In this document: positions 34,679 to 42,664 of the stretch, one piece after another | Layout of the letters: the number at the start of each line of letters is the position of its first letter | How positions within the stretch are numbered: the stretch's first letter is position 1 | Source of the DNA: a virus | Virus record (IMG/VR): IMGVR_UViG_3300031922_000090 | Location: 1 to 64,000 of that record | DNA: 64,000 nt | Reading direction: 5' to 3' (one strand) | Notes under the pieces: generated by a model | The model's input: only the letters and a program-made list of their open reading frames with translations | Told to the model about the DNA's origin: nothing | Database searches by the model: none | Position numbers and translations under genes: made by a program

Positions 34679-34713
34679 AAAAAAATGATGCCGGAATCCC
34701 GAAGGATTCCGGC
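34679..34713 (-). terminator. intrinsic terminator T2
   Basis: Identical hairpin and U7 tract to T1. Confidence 0.8.
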
Positions 34714-34775
34714 CATTGATTTGAGATGCTGTGCTTCACATTACTACGCCGCACACCACTTTGTCCAACACCAAC
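34679..34775 (-). ncRNA. predicted small RNA 2 (~97 nt), promoter P3 to terminator T2
   Basis: Approximate transcript GAAGAUGUUGGUGUUGGACAAAGUGGUGUGCGGCGUAGUAAUGUGAAGCACAGCAUCUCAAAUCAAUG plus hairpin and U7. The 5' AGAUGUUG can pair with CAGCAUCU. Only a 13-codon ORF. Confidence 0.45.
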
Positions 34776-34781
34776 ATCTTC

Positions 34782-34810
34782 AGCATACCTCATCTGGAAG
34801 AGGAAGTCAA
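34782..34810 (-). promoter_or_regulatory. cassette promoter P3 (TTGACT-N17-TATGCT)
   Basis: The minus strand reads TTGACTTCCTCTTCCAGATGAGGTATGCT. Confidence 0.55.
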
Positions 34811-34813
34811 CAG

Positions 34814-34847
34814 AAAAAATGATGCCGGAGCCCCAGGTGACTCCGGC
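34814..34847 (-). terminator. intrinsic terminator T3
   Basis: GCCGGAGTCACC-TGGGGCTCCGGC hairpin (GCCGGAG/CTCCGGC arms), then ATCATTTTTT. Confidence 0.7.
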
Positions 34848-34914
34848 TATCAGATTACTTTAATGCGCCAAATAGGGAGGCAGGTTACCCTACTGTACGT
34901 GACGGCGCATTAAC
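34814..34914 (-). ncRNA. predicted small RNA 1 (~100 nt), promoter P4 to terminator T3
   Basis: Approximate transcript GAAGGUGUUAAUGCGCCGUCACGUACAGUAGGGUAACCUGCCUCCCUAUUUGGCGCAUUAAAGUAAUCUGAUA plus hairpin and U6. Perfect 10-bp internal stem UUAAUGCGCC/GGCGCAUUAA. Confidence 0.45.
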
Positions 34915-34920
34915 ACCTTC

Positions 34921-34949
34921 AGGATAACCCACCACACCCTGAACGTCAA
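34921..34949 (-). promoter_or_regulatory. cassette promoter P4 (TTGACG-N17-TATCCT)
   Basis: The minus strand reads TTGACGTTCAGGGTGTGGTGGGTTATCCT and starts 9 nt after the DNA methylase stop. Confidence 0.5.
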
Positions 34950-34957
34950 GAACTTTT

Positions 34958-35974
34958 TCAGGAAGAACTCGGAGCCAACGCTTCTTCAAGATCCGCGTAC
35001 CGCGAAAAATGCTCCAGACGTTTGAGTGCAATGGCAACGTAGCCCGGCTCCCGCTCGATGCCCGTAACCCGCTCCCACCCGGCAAACCGCGCTCCGATCA
35101 TCTCGGAGCCACTCCCGGCGAACGGCACCAGCAGGCGTCCACCCGTGGGAGGCAGGATCAACTTTGCGAGGTACTGGGTCAGATAAAGCGGCTTCACAGT
35201 CGGATGGTCGTTATACTCACAGCGGTCCTTTCGAGCTTTCCCACAGTAGAAAAATCTGGAAGAACCCGGAGCTTGAGCCTCCAGCATCTCAACCGGCTCG
35301 CCAGCTTCGAACAGGACGTTAACGGGATAGCGCCCTTCGGTAATCCGCGTACCGTCAATGTTCAAGCCACCCGTCCCGTACTGAACAACGTTATCGCACA
35401 CCGGGCCGGTTACAGGTTTCCGCGCGAGAATGATCGGCTCCCATCCCGGCCTCAGAGTCGTGTTGTAGCCGTCCCACAGCGCAGCCTCGGGAGATCCCGG
35501 CAACGTCTTCAGGCGGTTACTTCCAGAAAAATCACCCTCGTAGCCGATGGAGTTGTGATCGTGCGCGGCATAATTCCGCTCCCGAGGTTCGGCTCCGGGC
35601 GGACAATACTGTGCCCCGGTCTCCCGGACGATACCTTTCTTCCGGTCGATGAGCTTACCGAGATCCTGTCCCTTCGGAAAACCATTTCCGTACAGCCACA
35701 TCAGGCAGTCAACAATCTCAAACCCTCCGGCTTCAATCGCCACGGCTAGATGATGGAAGGTCCGCGTGCCCCCGAACGCCAGCAACGGCGCTCCCGGCTT
35801 CAAGACCCGGCAAACCTCGGCCCAAACAACGGCGGACGGAACCCCATGGTCCCATTCCCGCCCGAGAAATTTCAGCCCGTAGGGCGGATCCGTAAGCACG
35901 GCGTGGTACTGTTCCGGCTTCTTCCGCTTGAGAACAGCAAGCACGTCGCCGGTCTCAAGTAAAATCCCCGCCAT
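34958..35974 (-). CDS. DNA N4/N6 methyltransferase (ParB-less, beta-class order)
   Basis: VLTDPPYGL catalytic motif near the N-terminus and LLVPFAGSGSEMIGA SAM-binding motif near the C-terminus. 338 aa. Confidence 0.85.
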   Translation of the reverse strand: MAGILLETGDVLAVLKRKKPEQYHAVLTDPPYGLKFLGREWDHGVPSAVVWAEVCRVLKPGAPLLAFGGTRTFHHLAVAIEAGGFEIVDCLMWLYGNGFPKGQDLGKLIDRKKGIVRETGAQYCPPGAEPRERNYAAHDHNSIGYEGDFSGSNRLKTLPGSPEAALWDGYNTTLRPGWEPIILARKPVTGPVCDNVVQYGTGGLNIDGTRITEGRYPVNVLFEAGEPVEMLEAQAPGSSRFFYCGKARKDRCEYNDHPTVKPLYLTQYLAKLILPPTGGRLLVPFAGSGSEMIGARFAGWERVTGIEREPGYVAIALKRLEHFSRYADLEEALAPSSS

Positions 35975-35977
35975 CTT

Positions 35978-36379
35978 CTAAAGCTGCCCCTCCGGCGTCC
36001 ACCAAAGCATGGAACCGAGAATCACGTTGGACGAGTACACCTCACGCGCTCCGGCCCAGTGATACCGCGCGATGATCACTCCCCGCTTCTTCAGCAAGAC
36101 CTCGAATGTTCCGGACTCGAACTCCATCGCCCGGACACCAGAGACTGCCGTAACTGCTTCCGGCTTCTTCGGCACGCCAGCGTCCAGAAATCGCGCCCCC
36201 TGATAGCCGAGAATCTGGTCAGTCGGGGTAAGCTGCTTCAACATCTTCGGCTCCTCAAGCTTGAGCCATGCCCGGACGTTCTTGACCAATTCCGGAGGAT
36301 ATTTCCATGCGTCATCCTGAAGAAGCGGAACCGGGTACGTTTCGCCCGGCGGCAGCTTCCACTCCATGACCCGAATCAT
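35978..36379 (-). CDS. hypothetical protein
   Basis: Start at MIRVMEWKL (ATGA overlap with the upstream stop). Confidence 0.45.
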   Translation of the reverse strand: MIRVMEWKLPPGETYPVPLLQDDAWKYPPELVKNVRAWLKLEEPKMLKQLTPTDQILGYQGARFLDAGVPKKPEAVTAVSGVRAMEFESGTFEVLLKKRGVIIARYHWAGAREVYSSNVILGSMLWWTPEGQL

Positions 36380-36711
36380 GTAGGCTCCCCGCCAACAGAA
36401 CTTTGTGAGGAGCACTCCGCATCAAACATCAACAGGCAACGGTCTTCGTACTGCTCGAGCGTCATATCCTTCGGAACAACGTCAAGTAGTACGGGTTGCA
36501 TCATATCCCCGAAGGTTGAGACCGTCAGAAGGATATCGGCTCCAGCGGCGATCTGAACGCGCTCTTCCGGCGTCGGCTCCCAACGCGACATGATAGGCAC
36601 CCGCTTCCCGCGCTTTATCAGCCCCGGAATCGGGAAGTAGATTGGTTTCTGTTGCTCAACGGGCCTCTCGAACTCCCGTTTGTCAATAAAAACTGGCGAT
36701 ACAGGTTTCAT
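36376..36711 (-). CDS. hypothetical protein
   Basis: 111-aa ORF immediately after the stop of 36712..36969. Confidence 0.45.
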   Translation of the reverse strand: MKPVSPVFIDKREFERPVEQQKPIYFPIPGLIKRGKRVPIMSRWEPTPEERVQIAAGADILLTVSTFGDMMQPVLLDVVPKDMTLEQYEDRCLLMFDAECSSQSSVGGEPT

Positions 36712-36969
36712 TCAAGTTCTCCATGACACAAGACAGATTCGGCCTTGCTGCGTCTTCCCGGCTATCGTCCGGTAAACAAGCCTTGATTCTCCCTCAATCC
36801 TCATCCCCGGAGGAAGCGGCTCCCCGTCCCAAAGCGTGATCGTCGTCGCCCGGATATGCCGGTCAGTCGGATCCGTACTTAGCCCGCTACCGGAGCAAGC
36901 CCCGCAAATATGCGCAGCGCGGCGTCCGGACCCGGAACAAATGTTGCAGCGTACCGAGGTGTGATTCAT
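36712..36969 (-). CDS. small protein with DnaJ-type CxxCxGxG zinc-finger repeats
   Basis: CNICSGSG and CGACSGSG repeats. 85 aa. Confidence 0.5.
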   Translation of the reverse strand: MNHTSVRCNICSGSGRRAAHICGACSGSGLSTDPTDRHIRATTITLWDGEPLPPGMRIEGESRLVYRTIAGKTQQGRICLVSWRT

Positions 36970-37232
36970 GCGTCGAAGATCCCCGGCTCATGCGAACAGC
37001 CCGGCGTAAGCAGATCTACAACATCAAGCGGCATCGGCCTTCCGGCCCGCGCGTTAGACAGAATCTTTTTTATCCGGCGTTGCAGAGAGGAAAGTATCAC
37101 GGCAGCCTGCCCGGCGTCCCCCGCCGAAAGAACGTAAGAAGCATAGTCCAGCGCGATGTCCGCGAAGTGAAGCCCGGCGCGATATCGGGCAGCGGCGGAT
37201 AACGGCACCCGTGCCCGGCGTTTGCGGCTCAT
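36966..37232 (-). CDS. hypothetical protein
   Basis: 88-aa ORF with 4-nt overlaps on both sides. Confidence 0.4.
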   Translation of the reverse strand: MSRKRRARVPLSAAARYRAGLHFADIALDYASYVLSAGDAGQAAVILSSLQRRIKKILSNARAGRPMPLDVVDLLTPGCSHEPGIFDA

Positions 37233-37543
37233 CTCTCCTGCTTCTTCCGGAGGAAGGAAGCCTCGGCCAGCGAAGACGGGAGGCTTACCGCGAAGACCAT
37301 CTGGGCATCGGGTACACCATCGGGAAACTTCCGGCCAAAGTCGCGCTCCACAATCGGCAGATCGTACAAAGCGCTATCTTTATTTCGCCACACGCGCCGT
37401 GAAGATACCATCACCGATTCTTCACCAATCTTAGCCCGGACAACAGCCTGATAAAGAGTCTCCCGGCGCGAAAAGTAGAACGCGACGAAGCCAGCGGTAG
37501 CGATGAGCACGCCTATGGCAAGCCCGGCAAAGAAATGGGTCAT
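37229..37543 (-). CDS. small membrane-anchored protein
   Basis: N-terminal TM helix FFAGLAIGVLIATAGFVAFYF. Confidence 0.45.
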   Translation of the reverse strand: MTHFFAGLAIGVLIATAGFVAFYFSRRETLYQAVVRAKIGEESVMVSSRRVWRNKDSALYDLPIVERDFGRKFPDGVPDAQMVFAVSLPSSLAEASFLRKKQER

Positions 37544-38079
37544 GATACGCCCCCGCCTCCTTTGGACTGGCGTTTGATCACCGAACGTAGAATCTGTTGG
37601 TTGTAAGCGAAACCGAAAGCCTTGTAGCGGAAATCCATCTCGATTTCTACCTCCAGCTTACGAGCCCAAGCAGGCTGTAGCTTTTCCCATGCTGGAGCAA
37701 ACCGGATAGATGCCCGGAAATCGGAGTCGTAGATATTCAGGAAATCGCGGAACCGGCGCGGAGTCAGATACCCAATCCGGCCAGTGGAATGAACCCGGCA
37801 GTCCTTTTTCTTGCAGACGGTATCATGCAAGCCAACGTCGTCACCGAAGCGCATGAAGAAATCGTGCGCTTCAAGCTTATCTTCGATAGTCTCGGGAAAA
37901 AGCTTGAAGACTCTGAGCAAGTACTCAAGCTTATCGTCCGATAGCAGCACCCCGTCAGGCTGAGCGGCAGGCAACGCGGGACCGAACAACACTACTGGAA
38001 CGGCGAGAGGTTGCAGCGGCTCCGGCATAGACGGCTTGGGTTTCGCGGGAGCGAATAGAGTATCAAAGTCTTCGTCCAT
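37540..38079 (-). CDS. hypothetical protein
   Basis: 179-aa ORF. CGTATAAC motif 21 nt upstream of the ATG. Confidence 0.45.
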   Translation of the reverse strand: MDEDFDTLFAPAKPKPSMPEPLQPLAVPVVLFGPALPAAQPDGVLLSDDKLEYLLRVFKLFPETIEDKLEAHDFFMRFGDDVGLHDTVCKKKDCRVHSTGRIGYLTPRRFRDFLNIYDSDFRASIRFAPAWEKLQPAWARKLEVEIEMDFRYKAFGFAYNQQILRSVIKRQSKGGGGVS

Positions 38080-38100
38080 TTTAACGGCGCCTTAAACTAC

Positions 38101-38108
38101 GTTATACG
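38101..38108 (-). promoter_or_regulatory. CGTATAAC motif
   Basis: The minus strand reads GTCGTATAACGTAGTTTAAGG... and overlaps the stop of 38102..38947. Confidence 0.35.
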
Positions 38109-38947
38109 ACGACCTTCTCCGCAGAGACGGCTTCGGCCTCAACCGTGATCGTTTCCCCAGTTTTTTCTTCCGGAGCTGCTGGAGCGGGTAACTGTCCCAC
38201 GGCCTGCAAGATCGCCAAGATTGCGCCCGCTTCCTCCGGCGATTGAGGAATAATCTCATCCTTGCGGTCGGCCTGCTCGACCACGCCCCCGACGAGAATC
38301 TGCTGTTTAGCGCCCCAACGATGCGGGAAGCGGCGTTCAAGCAGCGAGAAAAGATTGCCCCCATGGCGCGCTCCGAGCTTGATCAAACTGACATCGGCGA
38401 TTTCAGACTGCGCTTCAGCGATATCCAGCGCTCTTATGAACTTTGCAAACTGCGAATTACCGTCCTCAATTTCCTCCACACCACGGTCGCGCCATGCCCG
38501 GTATTGCGATGCCGTGATGCCAATTGCCCGGCAGGCGATCTCCGCATGGAGCCCCGCACCCACCCACCGGGTAGCAAGCCGAATCATCTCGTCCGTCGGC
38601 CCTTCCTTAAACAGGAATGAAGTAGGAAGGCCGGAGAGCGAAACCGGCTTAGGTAGATCTTCCTTATAGAGATTTTTAAGCTGGCGGCGCATCTGCAAAT
38701 ATGCGCCGTTCACCAAACCCTTTCTCCCGTTCGGCTTCCCGTTTGGCGTAGTTCCGGAAGAGGAGGATTTACGAAAAGCGGAGAAGTCCGGCGCTGCTTT
38801 TTTAGCCTTCGGAACCTTACTACTGGGTCCGGCTCCACCCCCGGACGCGGCCTTCCGGGTGGATTTTGATCTTGGTCCGGCTTTAGCAGCGCTTTTATTT
38901 TTAGAATTACCCGGCCTCCCCGGCTTCTTAATTGGCTTTTTACCCAT
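38102..38947 (-). CDS. Lys-rich N-terminus plus HTH protein, terminase-small-subunit-like (tentative)
   Basis: IACRAIGITASQYRAWRDRGVEE...FAKFIRALDIAEAQSEIADVSLIKLGA...LLERRFPHRWG resembles HTH-type TerS proteins. By eye only. It is far from TerL. Confidence 0.3.
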   Translation of the reverse strand: MGKKPIKKPGRPGNSKNKSAAKAGPRSKSTRKAASGGGAGPSSKVPKAKKAAPDFSAFRKSSSSGTTPNGKPNGRKGLVNGAYLQMRRQLKNLYKEDLPKPVSLSGLPTSFLFKEGPTDEMIRLATRWVGAGLHAEIACRAIGITASQYRAWRDRGVEEIEDGNSQFAKFIRALDIAEAQSEIADVSLIKLGARHGGNLFSLLERRFPHRWGAKQQILVGGVVEQADRKDEIIPQSPEEAGAILAILQAVGQLPAPAAPEEKTGETITVEAEAVSAEKVVV

Positions 38948-39014
38948 TAGACACCCATATTACGACATAGCGGGAATACTATCTCGCCGATATTCTGGAG
39001 GAACCTTACAGCTT

Positions 39015-39284
39015 TCAACAAACAGAAAGCGGAAAATTCAGGTAACGATATACCTGTATCCACTCCCGCGCGATAACCAGATAGCAGCGCAGCCCGTAAG
39101 CAGGCGGCTCTGAGTGGTATACCGAACGTGCCACATCGGTTGAAATCTCTTCCAATACAGGACGGCCACCACAAATAATCTGCCCCGGCCTTAGATTCTT
39201 CTCACTCCAGACTACAGCAACGTTTTTCCTCTTGAGGAGGATATTCCCGTCCTGAAAAAGCATCTCACGGCGATAGTGCAACAT
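39015..39284 (-). CDS. hypothetical protein
   Basis: 89-aa ORF with a GAAGAGGA SD. Confidence 0.35.
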   Translation of the reverse strand: MLHYRREMLFQDGNILLKRKNVAVVWSEKNLRPGQIICGGRPVLEEISTDVARSVYHSEPPAYGLRCYLVIAREWIQVYRYLNFPLSVC

Positions 39285-39371
39285 AGTTCCTCTTCATGAA
39301 CGCTCGAAGGATTCGTAGAGAACTTCCCCCCCCCCCCGGCCATCCTTCGGCCCCACTTCCAGAATTAAACT

Positions 39372-39722
39372 CTATTCACCTTCCTGTCTACCTTGCGAAA
39401 GATAACCCGGCAGGATACGGCGGAAAAACGAATACTCAGGCTCCAGCTTCGGAGCGGACTCCGCTCCCCGGATAACAGGCGGATAACGGCGTTCCGACAA
39501 AGGAACCATGGTGAATTTCCTCCGGACGGAGTAGTACTCCCGGACACCAGCGTCAACAGCCCGGACAACGGCGTAAAGCCACAGTACGCCACGATACAGG
39601 CGCAATGTCAGATTCTGAAGCATCCCCCGGCGTTTTCCCGGCTCCACGTCGCCGAGAAAAAACACCAGAACGGCGGCAAGGAAAATCGTGACAGCGAAAT
39701 AGAACAACGGCTCATTTACCAT
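39372..39722 (-). CDS. membrane protein
   Basis: N-terminal TM helix LFYFAVTIFLAAVLVFFLG. Confidence 0.45.
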   Translation of the reverse strand: MVNEPLFYFAVTIFLAAVLVFFLGDVEPGKRRGMLQNLTLRLYRGVLWLYAVVRAVDAGVREYYSVRRKFTMVPLSERRYPPVIRGAESAPKLEPEYSFFRRILPGYLSQGRQEGE

Positions 39723-39931
39723 TTGCTTTCTTCCTTACTGGTCTCCTTAATCAGTTTCCTCCGGATATAGTTGTACCGGCTCAAGAGTACCTTGAGGATC
39801 TGCTTTTTGAACTCGGCACCATCCGGCCCGCGCACCCGCATATAAGCCTCGATATCGAACATCACCCGCGCGTAGTCGGCTAGAAGCTGCGAGAGACGCT
39901 TTGTATCTCTGACTGCCAGTTTAACCTTCAA
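39716..39931 (-). CDS. hypothetical protein
   Basis: 71-aa ORF. Confidence 0.4.
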   Translation of the reverse strand: MKVKLAVRDTKRLSQLLADYARVMFDIEAYMRVRGPDGAEFKKQILKVLLSRYNYIRRKLIKETSKEESKW

Positions 39932-40115
39932 GCTTTTCCTCCTGATCAGGTTCTACGATTTCAAACTCCCGTCCGGCGTCCATCCCGGCGAAAATTCCTG
40001 GAACCTCCTCAAACGGCACAATCGGAAAACCAATGGAGCGGGAGAGACTCGCTGCCGAAAAACTCCGGTACAGCGTCAAAATGGGGAGCGTATCCTCCTC
40101 TTCCGGCTCATACAC
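39921..40115 (-). CDS. hypothetical acidic protein (GTG start, uncertain)
   Basis: 64-aa ORF with no clear SD. Confidence 0.3.
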   Translation of the reverse strand: MYEPEEEDTLPILTLYRSFSAASLSRSIGFPIVPFEEVPGIFAGMDAGREFEIVEPDQEEKLEG

Positions 40116-40204
40116 GAAGTAGCGGTAGCCTTCCTCCGACTTATTCCGGAGGAAGTCGGGGGAAGATCCTTAAGAGAGACAATCTTCAATGGGCACATTG
40201 CCTG

Positions 40205-40327
40205 TTAGCCCTCCATTAGCCGGTTGATAAAACGCTCCCGGCGTCGTTTCCTGCGCAACGCGGAAATACCGGAACCAAACGCGAACAGCGCGGCTCCTGA
40301 AAAAATAAACACCATGATCTCGTTCAT
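40205..40327 (-). CDS. small membrane protein (40 aa; below the track cutoff)
   Basis: Hand-translated MNEIMVFIFSGAALFAFGSGISALRRKRRRERFINRLMEG. ATGA overlap with the upstream stop. Confidence 0.35.
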   Translation of the reverse strand: MNEIMVFIFSGAALFAFGSGISALRRKRRRERFINRLMEG

Positions 40328-40887
40328 ACGGGTATTGGTATCCTTGTAGTCTTCTTTTTCGGTTGATTGAACGTCGACAACTTATCCTTGAGATAAGACT
40401 CCCGGAGCGGGCGCGGATTTTTCAGCGGAACCCTTATGCAGGCTCCGGCCACGTCGGGATAACACTGAAAAGCGTGCCCCTCCTCCCACGGTACGGGAAA
40501 CATGGCACGAAGTATTCTCGAACTCACCCACACCGACATACGGGTGTGAACCGTCATGCAGGCTCTGAGTAGCCCGAGTTTCCGGCGTTCCTTAAGAGAC
40601 TTTTTCGTCTCGGCGTCGGAGATCCTTGGATAGATGAAAAACGTTCGATTGGAACGCTTGAACAGAAACTGGAGATCGAGCTTCGTCTGCTTGAGATCAA
40701 GGTCCGGCATCTTCATCACCTTCCGGATTTGAGACAACGGGACCGTAATAGCGTGCTGTCTCGCCCGTACCCGGACGTGATTTGATTGCGAGTACCATTG
40801 CCCGAAATCGAGAGGCTTAGGGATATCGACCTTTGAACGCCGCATCCTAACCTTTTTCTCCTTCGGTTTGTCTTTCTTCTTCCTCAT
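40324..40887 (-). CDS. hypothetical basic protein
   Basis: 187-aa ORF. An alternative start at ATG 40845 would remove the overlap with the upstream gene. Confidence 0.45.
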   Translation of the reverse strand: MRKKKDKPKEKKVRMRRSKVDIPKPLDFGQWYSQSNHVRVRARQHAITVPLSQIRKVMKMPDLDLKQTKLDLQFLFKRSNRTFFIYPRISDAETKKSLKERRKLGLLRACMTVHTRMSVWVSSRILRAMFPVPWEEGHAFQCYPDVAGACIRVPLKNPRPLRESYLKDKLSTFNQPKKKTTRIPIPV

Positions 40888-41545
40888 GAGGAGCTTTCAC
40901 CTTTAGCGATTGAATCACAAGTCCTTTCTCCGCGTTTCCGCGAATGTGCTGTGCGAAAAAATAAGTTCCGGTTGCCGAACCGAAAAGAGGTTTCGCGGGC
41001 GTATAAGTCTTGAAGTGCCCTCGAACAAAGTGCATTGCCTTCCGGAGATCGGCAGCGGCTCCCGGCTTCCGGCCCGTGCCATGATCGAGAATCTTCCGGA
41101 ACGGCTCGTTGTCGATGACCCGGTATCGAATCAGATCGCACCCATGACGGCGGCGGTATGCCTTCTCGAATTTTTCGTCGCGGGCAAGCGGCTCTGAGAT
41201 GTGAACATTCTTGCAGTTCAGGAATGTTAGAGCCATCAACGGAACGGCGAGATACGCCGAAAAACTCGAATACATTTTCTCTGCATCTGGTGTCAGAGAA
41301 TCCTTCGGCACAGGCAGGATAGTCTGGGCCAGCATCGGAGATCTGTCCGCGTCAATTCCGAGAAAAGCGTGGAGAGCGGGACCAAGCAGGTAGTCCCCCG
41401 GAATTCCAATATCCGGGACGGCACGTGTACGGAAGTACATATCGGCCACGAAAAACCAGCGCATTTCCGCGATAAAAGCCTTCAGCACCGGAATGACCCT
41501 ATACCTGATCTCCGGCTCCTTTGGAGATTTCTTTGAGGCTCTCAT
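40847..41545 (-). CDS. hypothetical protein
   Basis: Start at MRASKKSPKE (ATG 41545), 18 nt after a strong extended -10 promoter. Contains HFVRGHFKTY. Family not recognised. Confidence 0.5.
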   Translation of the reverse strand: MRASKKSPKEPEIRYRVIPVLKAFIAEMRWFFVADMYFRTRAVPDIGIPGDYLLGPALHAFLGIDADRSPMLAQTILPVPKDSLTPDAEKMYSSFSAYLAVPLMALTFLNCKNVHISEPLARDEKFEKAYRRRHGCDLIRYRVIDNEPFRKILDHGTGRKPGAAADLRKAMHFVRGHFKTYTPAKPLFGSATGTYFFAQHIRGNAEKGLVIQSLKVKAPHEEEERQTEGEKG

Positions 41546-41563
41546 GCGGGAAGTCCTTTCTGA

Positions 41564-41591
41564 ATTATACAAAAAACAAACAGAGTGCAAA
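41564..41591 (-). promoter_or_regulatory. strong sigma70-type promoter with extended -10 (TTTGCA-N16-TGTATAAT)
   Basis: The minus strand reads GTTTGCACTCTGTTTGTTTTTTGTATAATTCAGAAAGGA. It lacks the TTCC/GGAA spacer palindrome. Confidence 0.55.
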
Positions 41592-41613
41592 CAGTGAAAC
41601 ATCAAAGGCGCTG

Positions 41614-42093
41614 TTAAGACACGTTAACGCGCAAACCGTAGTTCTGAGCAAGTAAGCGGATGCGCGGAACCGAAGCTGCCCAGGTAGTCTCCAGCGTGCG
41701 GCGGCAATTATCATGCGTCGTCAGCATCCAATACCGGCCCTCCAGACGATAGTGCCACTGGTAAGGCTTACCGTCCGCGCCTTGCAAGTACAAGGTACGG
41801 TAGCGTTGCCCCTCCGCTTGCACAATCAAGCGCACGTAACGCGGGAGCCCGGCAGTCCACTTGCCTGAAAGCAAAGCCGGACGGGCAGCAACAAGCGCGG
41901 AAACGGGCGTCAAAGCGCAGGGAACGGCCTCGATAGCATCCTGCCCATACTTACGGAGCATCTGACGGACGTACCGCGCACCGTTTCCAATTAACGTATC
42001 GCCGACCACCATATGCACGTGGGAGCATTCCTGCGCAATCGTACCGTCGGCACGGCGGCACTCAACCACAATGGCAACGAGGTAAGTGGGCAT
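41614..42093 (-). CDS. hypothetical protein
   Basis: 159-aa ORF. Confidence 0.45.
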   Translation of the reverse strand: MPTYLVAIVVECRRADGTIAQECSHVHMVVGDTLIGNGARYVRQMLRKYGQDAIEAVPCALTPVSALVAARPALLSGKWTAGLPRYVRLIVQAEGQRYRTLYLQGADGKPYQWHYRLEGRYWMLTTHDNCRRTLETTWAASVPRIRLLAQNYGLRVNVS

Positions 42094-42098
42094 CGCGC

Positions 42099-42329
42099 TT
42101 AGACCCCCGTACCAAGCTTCGATTTCGGCGCGGCAAGCGCTTGCAATTGCGCCCGCAAACCGTGTAGCGTGATGGCGGACAGAAAAATCCCCGGCCCGGT
42201 CGCGCTCCAGCGGAAGCGGGATGCGCCCTTTGGGTTTATCGCGCCCTCAACGCGAATGAGCCCGTAGCCCGGAATGTGGACGGTATAGCGCTGATAGCCA
42301 GCGCGATGCAACGTGACGGTGGTGTGCAT
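42099..42329 (-). CDS. hypothetical protein
   Basis: 76-aa ORF. Its start overlaps the upstream stop (TAATG). Confidence 0.4.
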   Translation of the reverse strand: MHTTVTLHRAGYQRYTVHIPGYGLIRVEGAINPKGASRFRWSATGPGIFLSAITLHGLRAQLQALAAPKSKLGTGV

Positions 42330-42571
42330 TATTTTTCCTCTGAAACACGAACGTTAGCCGGGTGTGAGACCAACAGGAGATCTCCCCGGATGAACAGGTA
42401 GCTTGAGAAATCCCGGCTCGGCTCAAAGACACACTCATTGCCCTGGAAGACGGTCTCCTTACCGAGCTTGGTCGCCTTTAGCGCCCCGAAAACTCCGGTC
42501 TCAGCATCGCGCTTAGCGGTCTGAACAGCGCTTCCAGCGCGGAGTACGTAGGTTTCCTTCGATCTTTTCAT
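42329..42571 (-). CDS. hypothetical protein
   Basis: 80-aa ORF with a GGAAAGGGAG SD. Confidence 0.45.
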   Translation of the reverse strand: MKRSKETYVLRAGSAVQTAKRDAETGVFGALKATKLGKETVFQGNECVFEPSRDFSSYLFIRGDLLLVSHPANVRVSEEK

Positions 42572-42619
42572 GGCTTCTTCTTTCTCCCTTTCCTATTTAG
42601 AATGTCTTGCGCCCCCCGC

Positions 42620-42644
42620 CCGGACTCTCCTTGTGAGAGTCCGG
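42620..42644 (-). other. perfect 10-bp stem-loop without U tract (RNA stability/processing element or factor-dependent terminator)
   Basis: CCGGACTCTC-ACAAG-GAGAGTCCGG, intergenic between 42665..43018 and 42329..42571. Confidence 0.45.
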
Positions 42645-42664
42645 ACGCCAGCGCAAATCGAAGG

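Larger units (their letters stand above)
34508..34722 (-). repeat. 85-nt perfect direct repeat x2 (34508-34592 and 34638-34722, period 130 nt), plus a diverged third copy near 34768-34853
   Basis: Both copies read accaccagcatagctcatctggaggaggaagtcaacagaaaaaaatgatgccggaatcccgaaggattccggccattgattt on the plus strand. Each contains a terminator and the next promoter. Confidence 0.9.

Noticed and set aside
34331-34793. ORFs 34331..34651 and 34596..34793, which share the peptide QWPESFGIPASFFSVDFLLQMSYAGGV
   Set aside because: The repeated peptide is simply a translation of the 85-nt direct repeat, running straight through terminator hairpins and promoters. There is no SD.
34508-34853. Possible CRISPR array
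   Set aside because: There are only two perfect copies and one diverged copy. The repeat is 85 nt with ~45-nt unique segments, which is outside CRISPR dimensions. Each repeat visibly contains a U-tract terminator and a -35/-10 promoter.
37241-37262. TTCCGGAGGAAGG copies inside coding regions (about 3199, 37245, 40145, 59341) as additional operators or promoters
   Set aside because: They lack -35/-10 elements. The core is also produced by common codon strings (F-L-R-K, P-P-E), so it cannot be distinguished from coding bias without statistics. It is kept only as a low-interest note.
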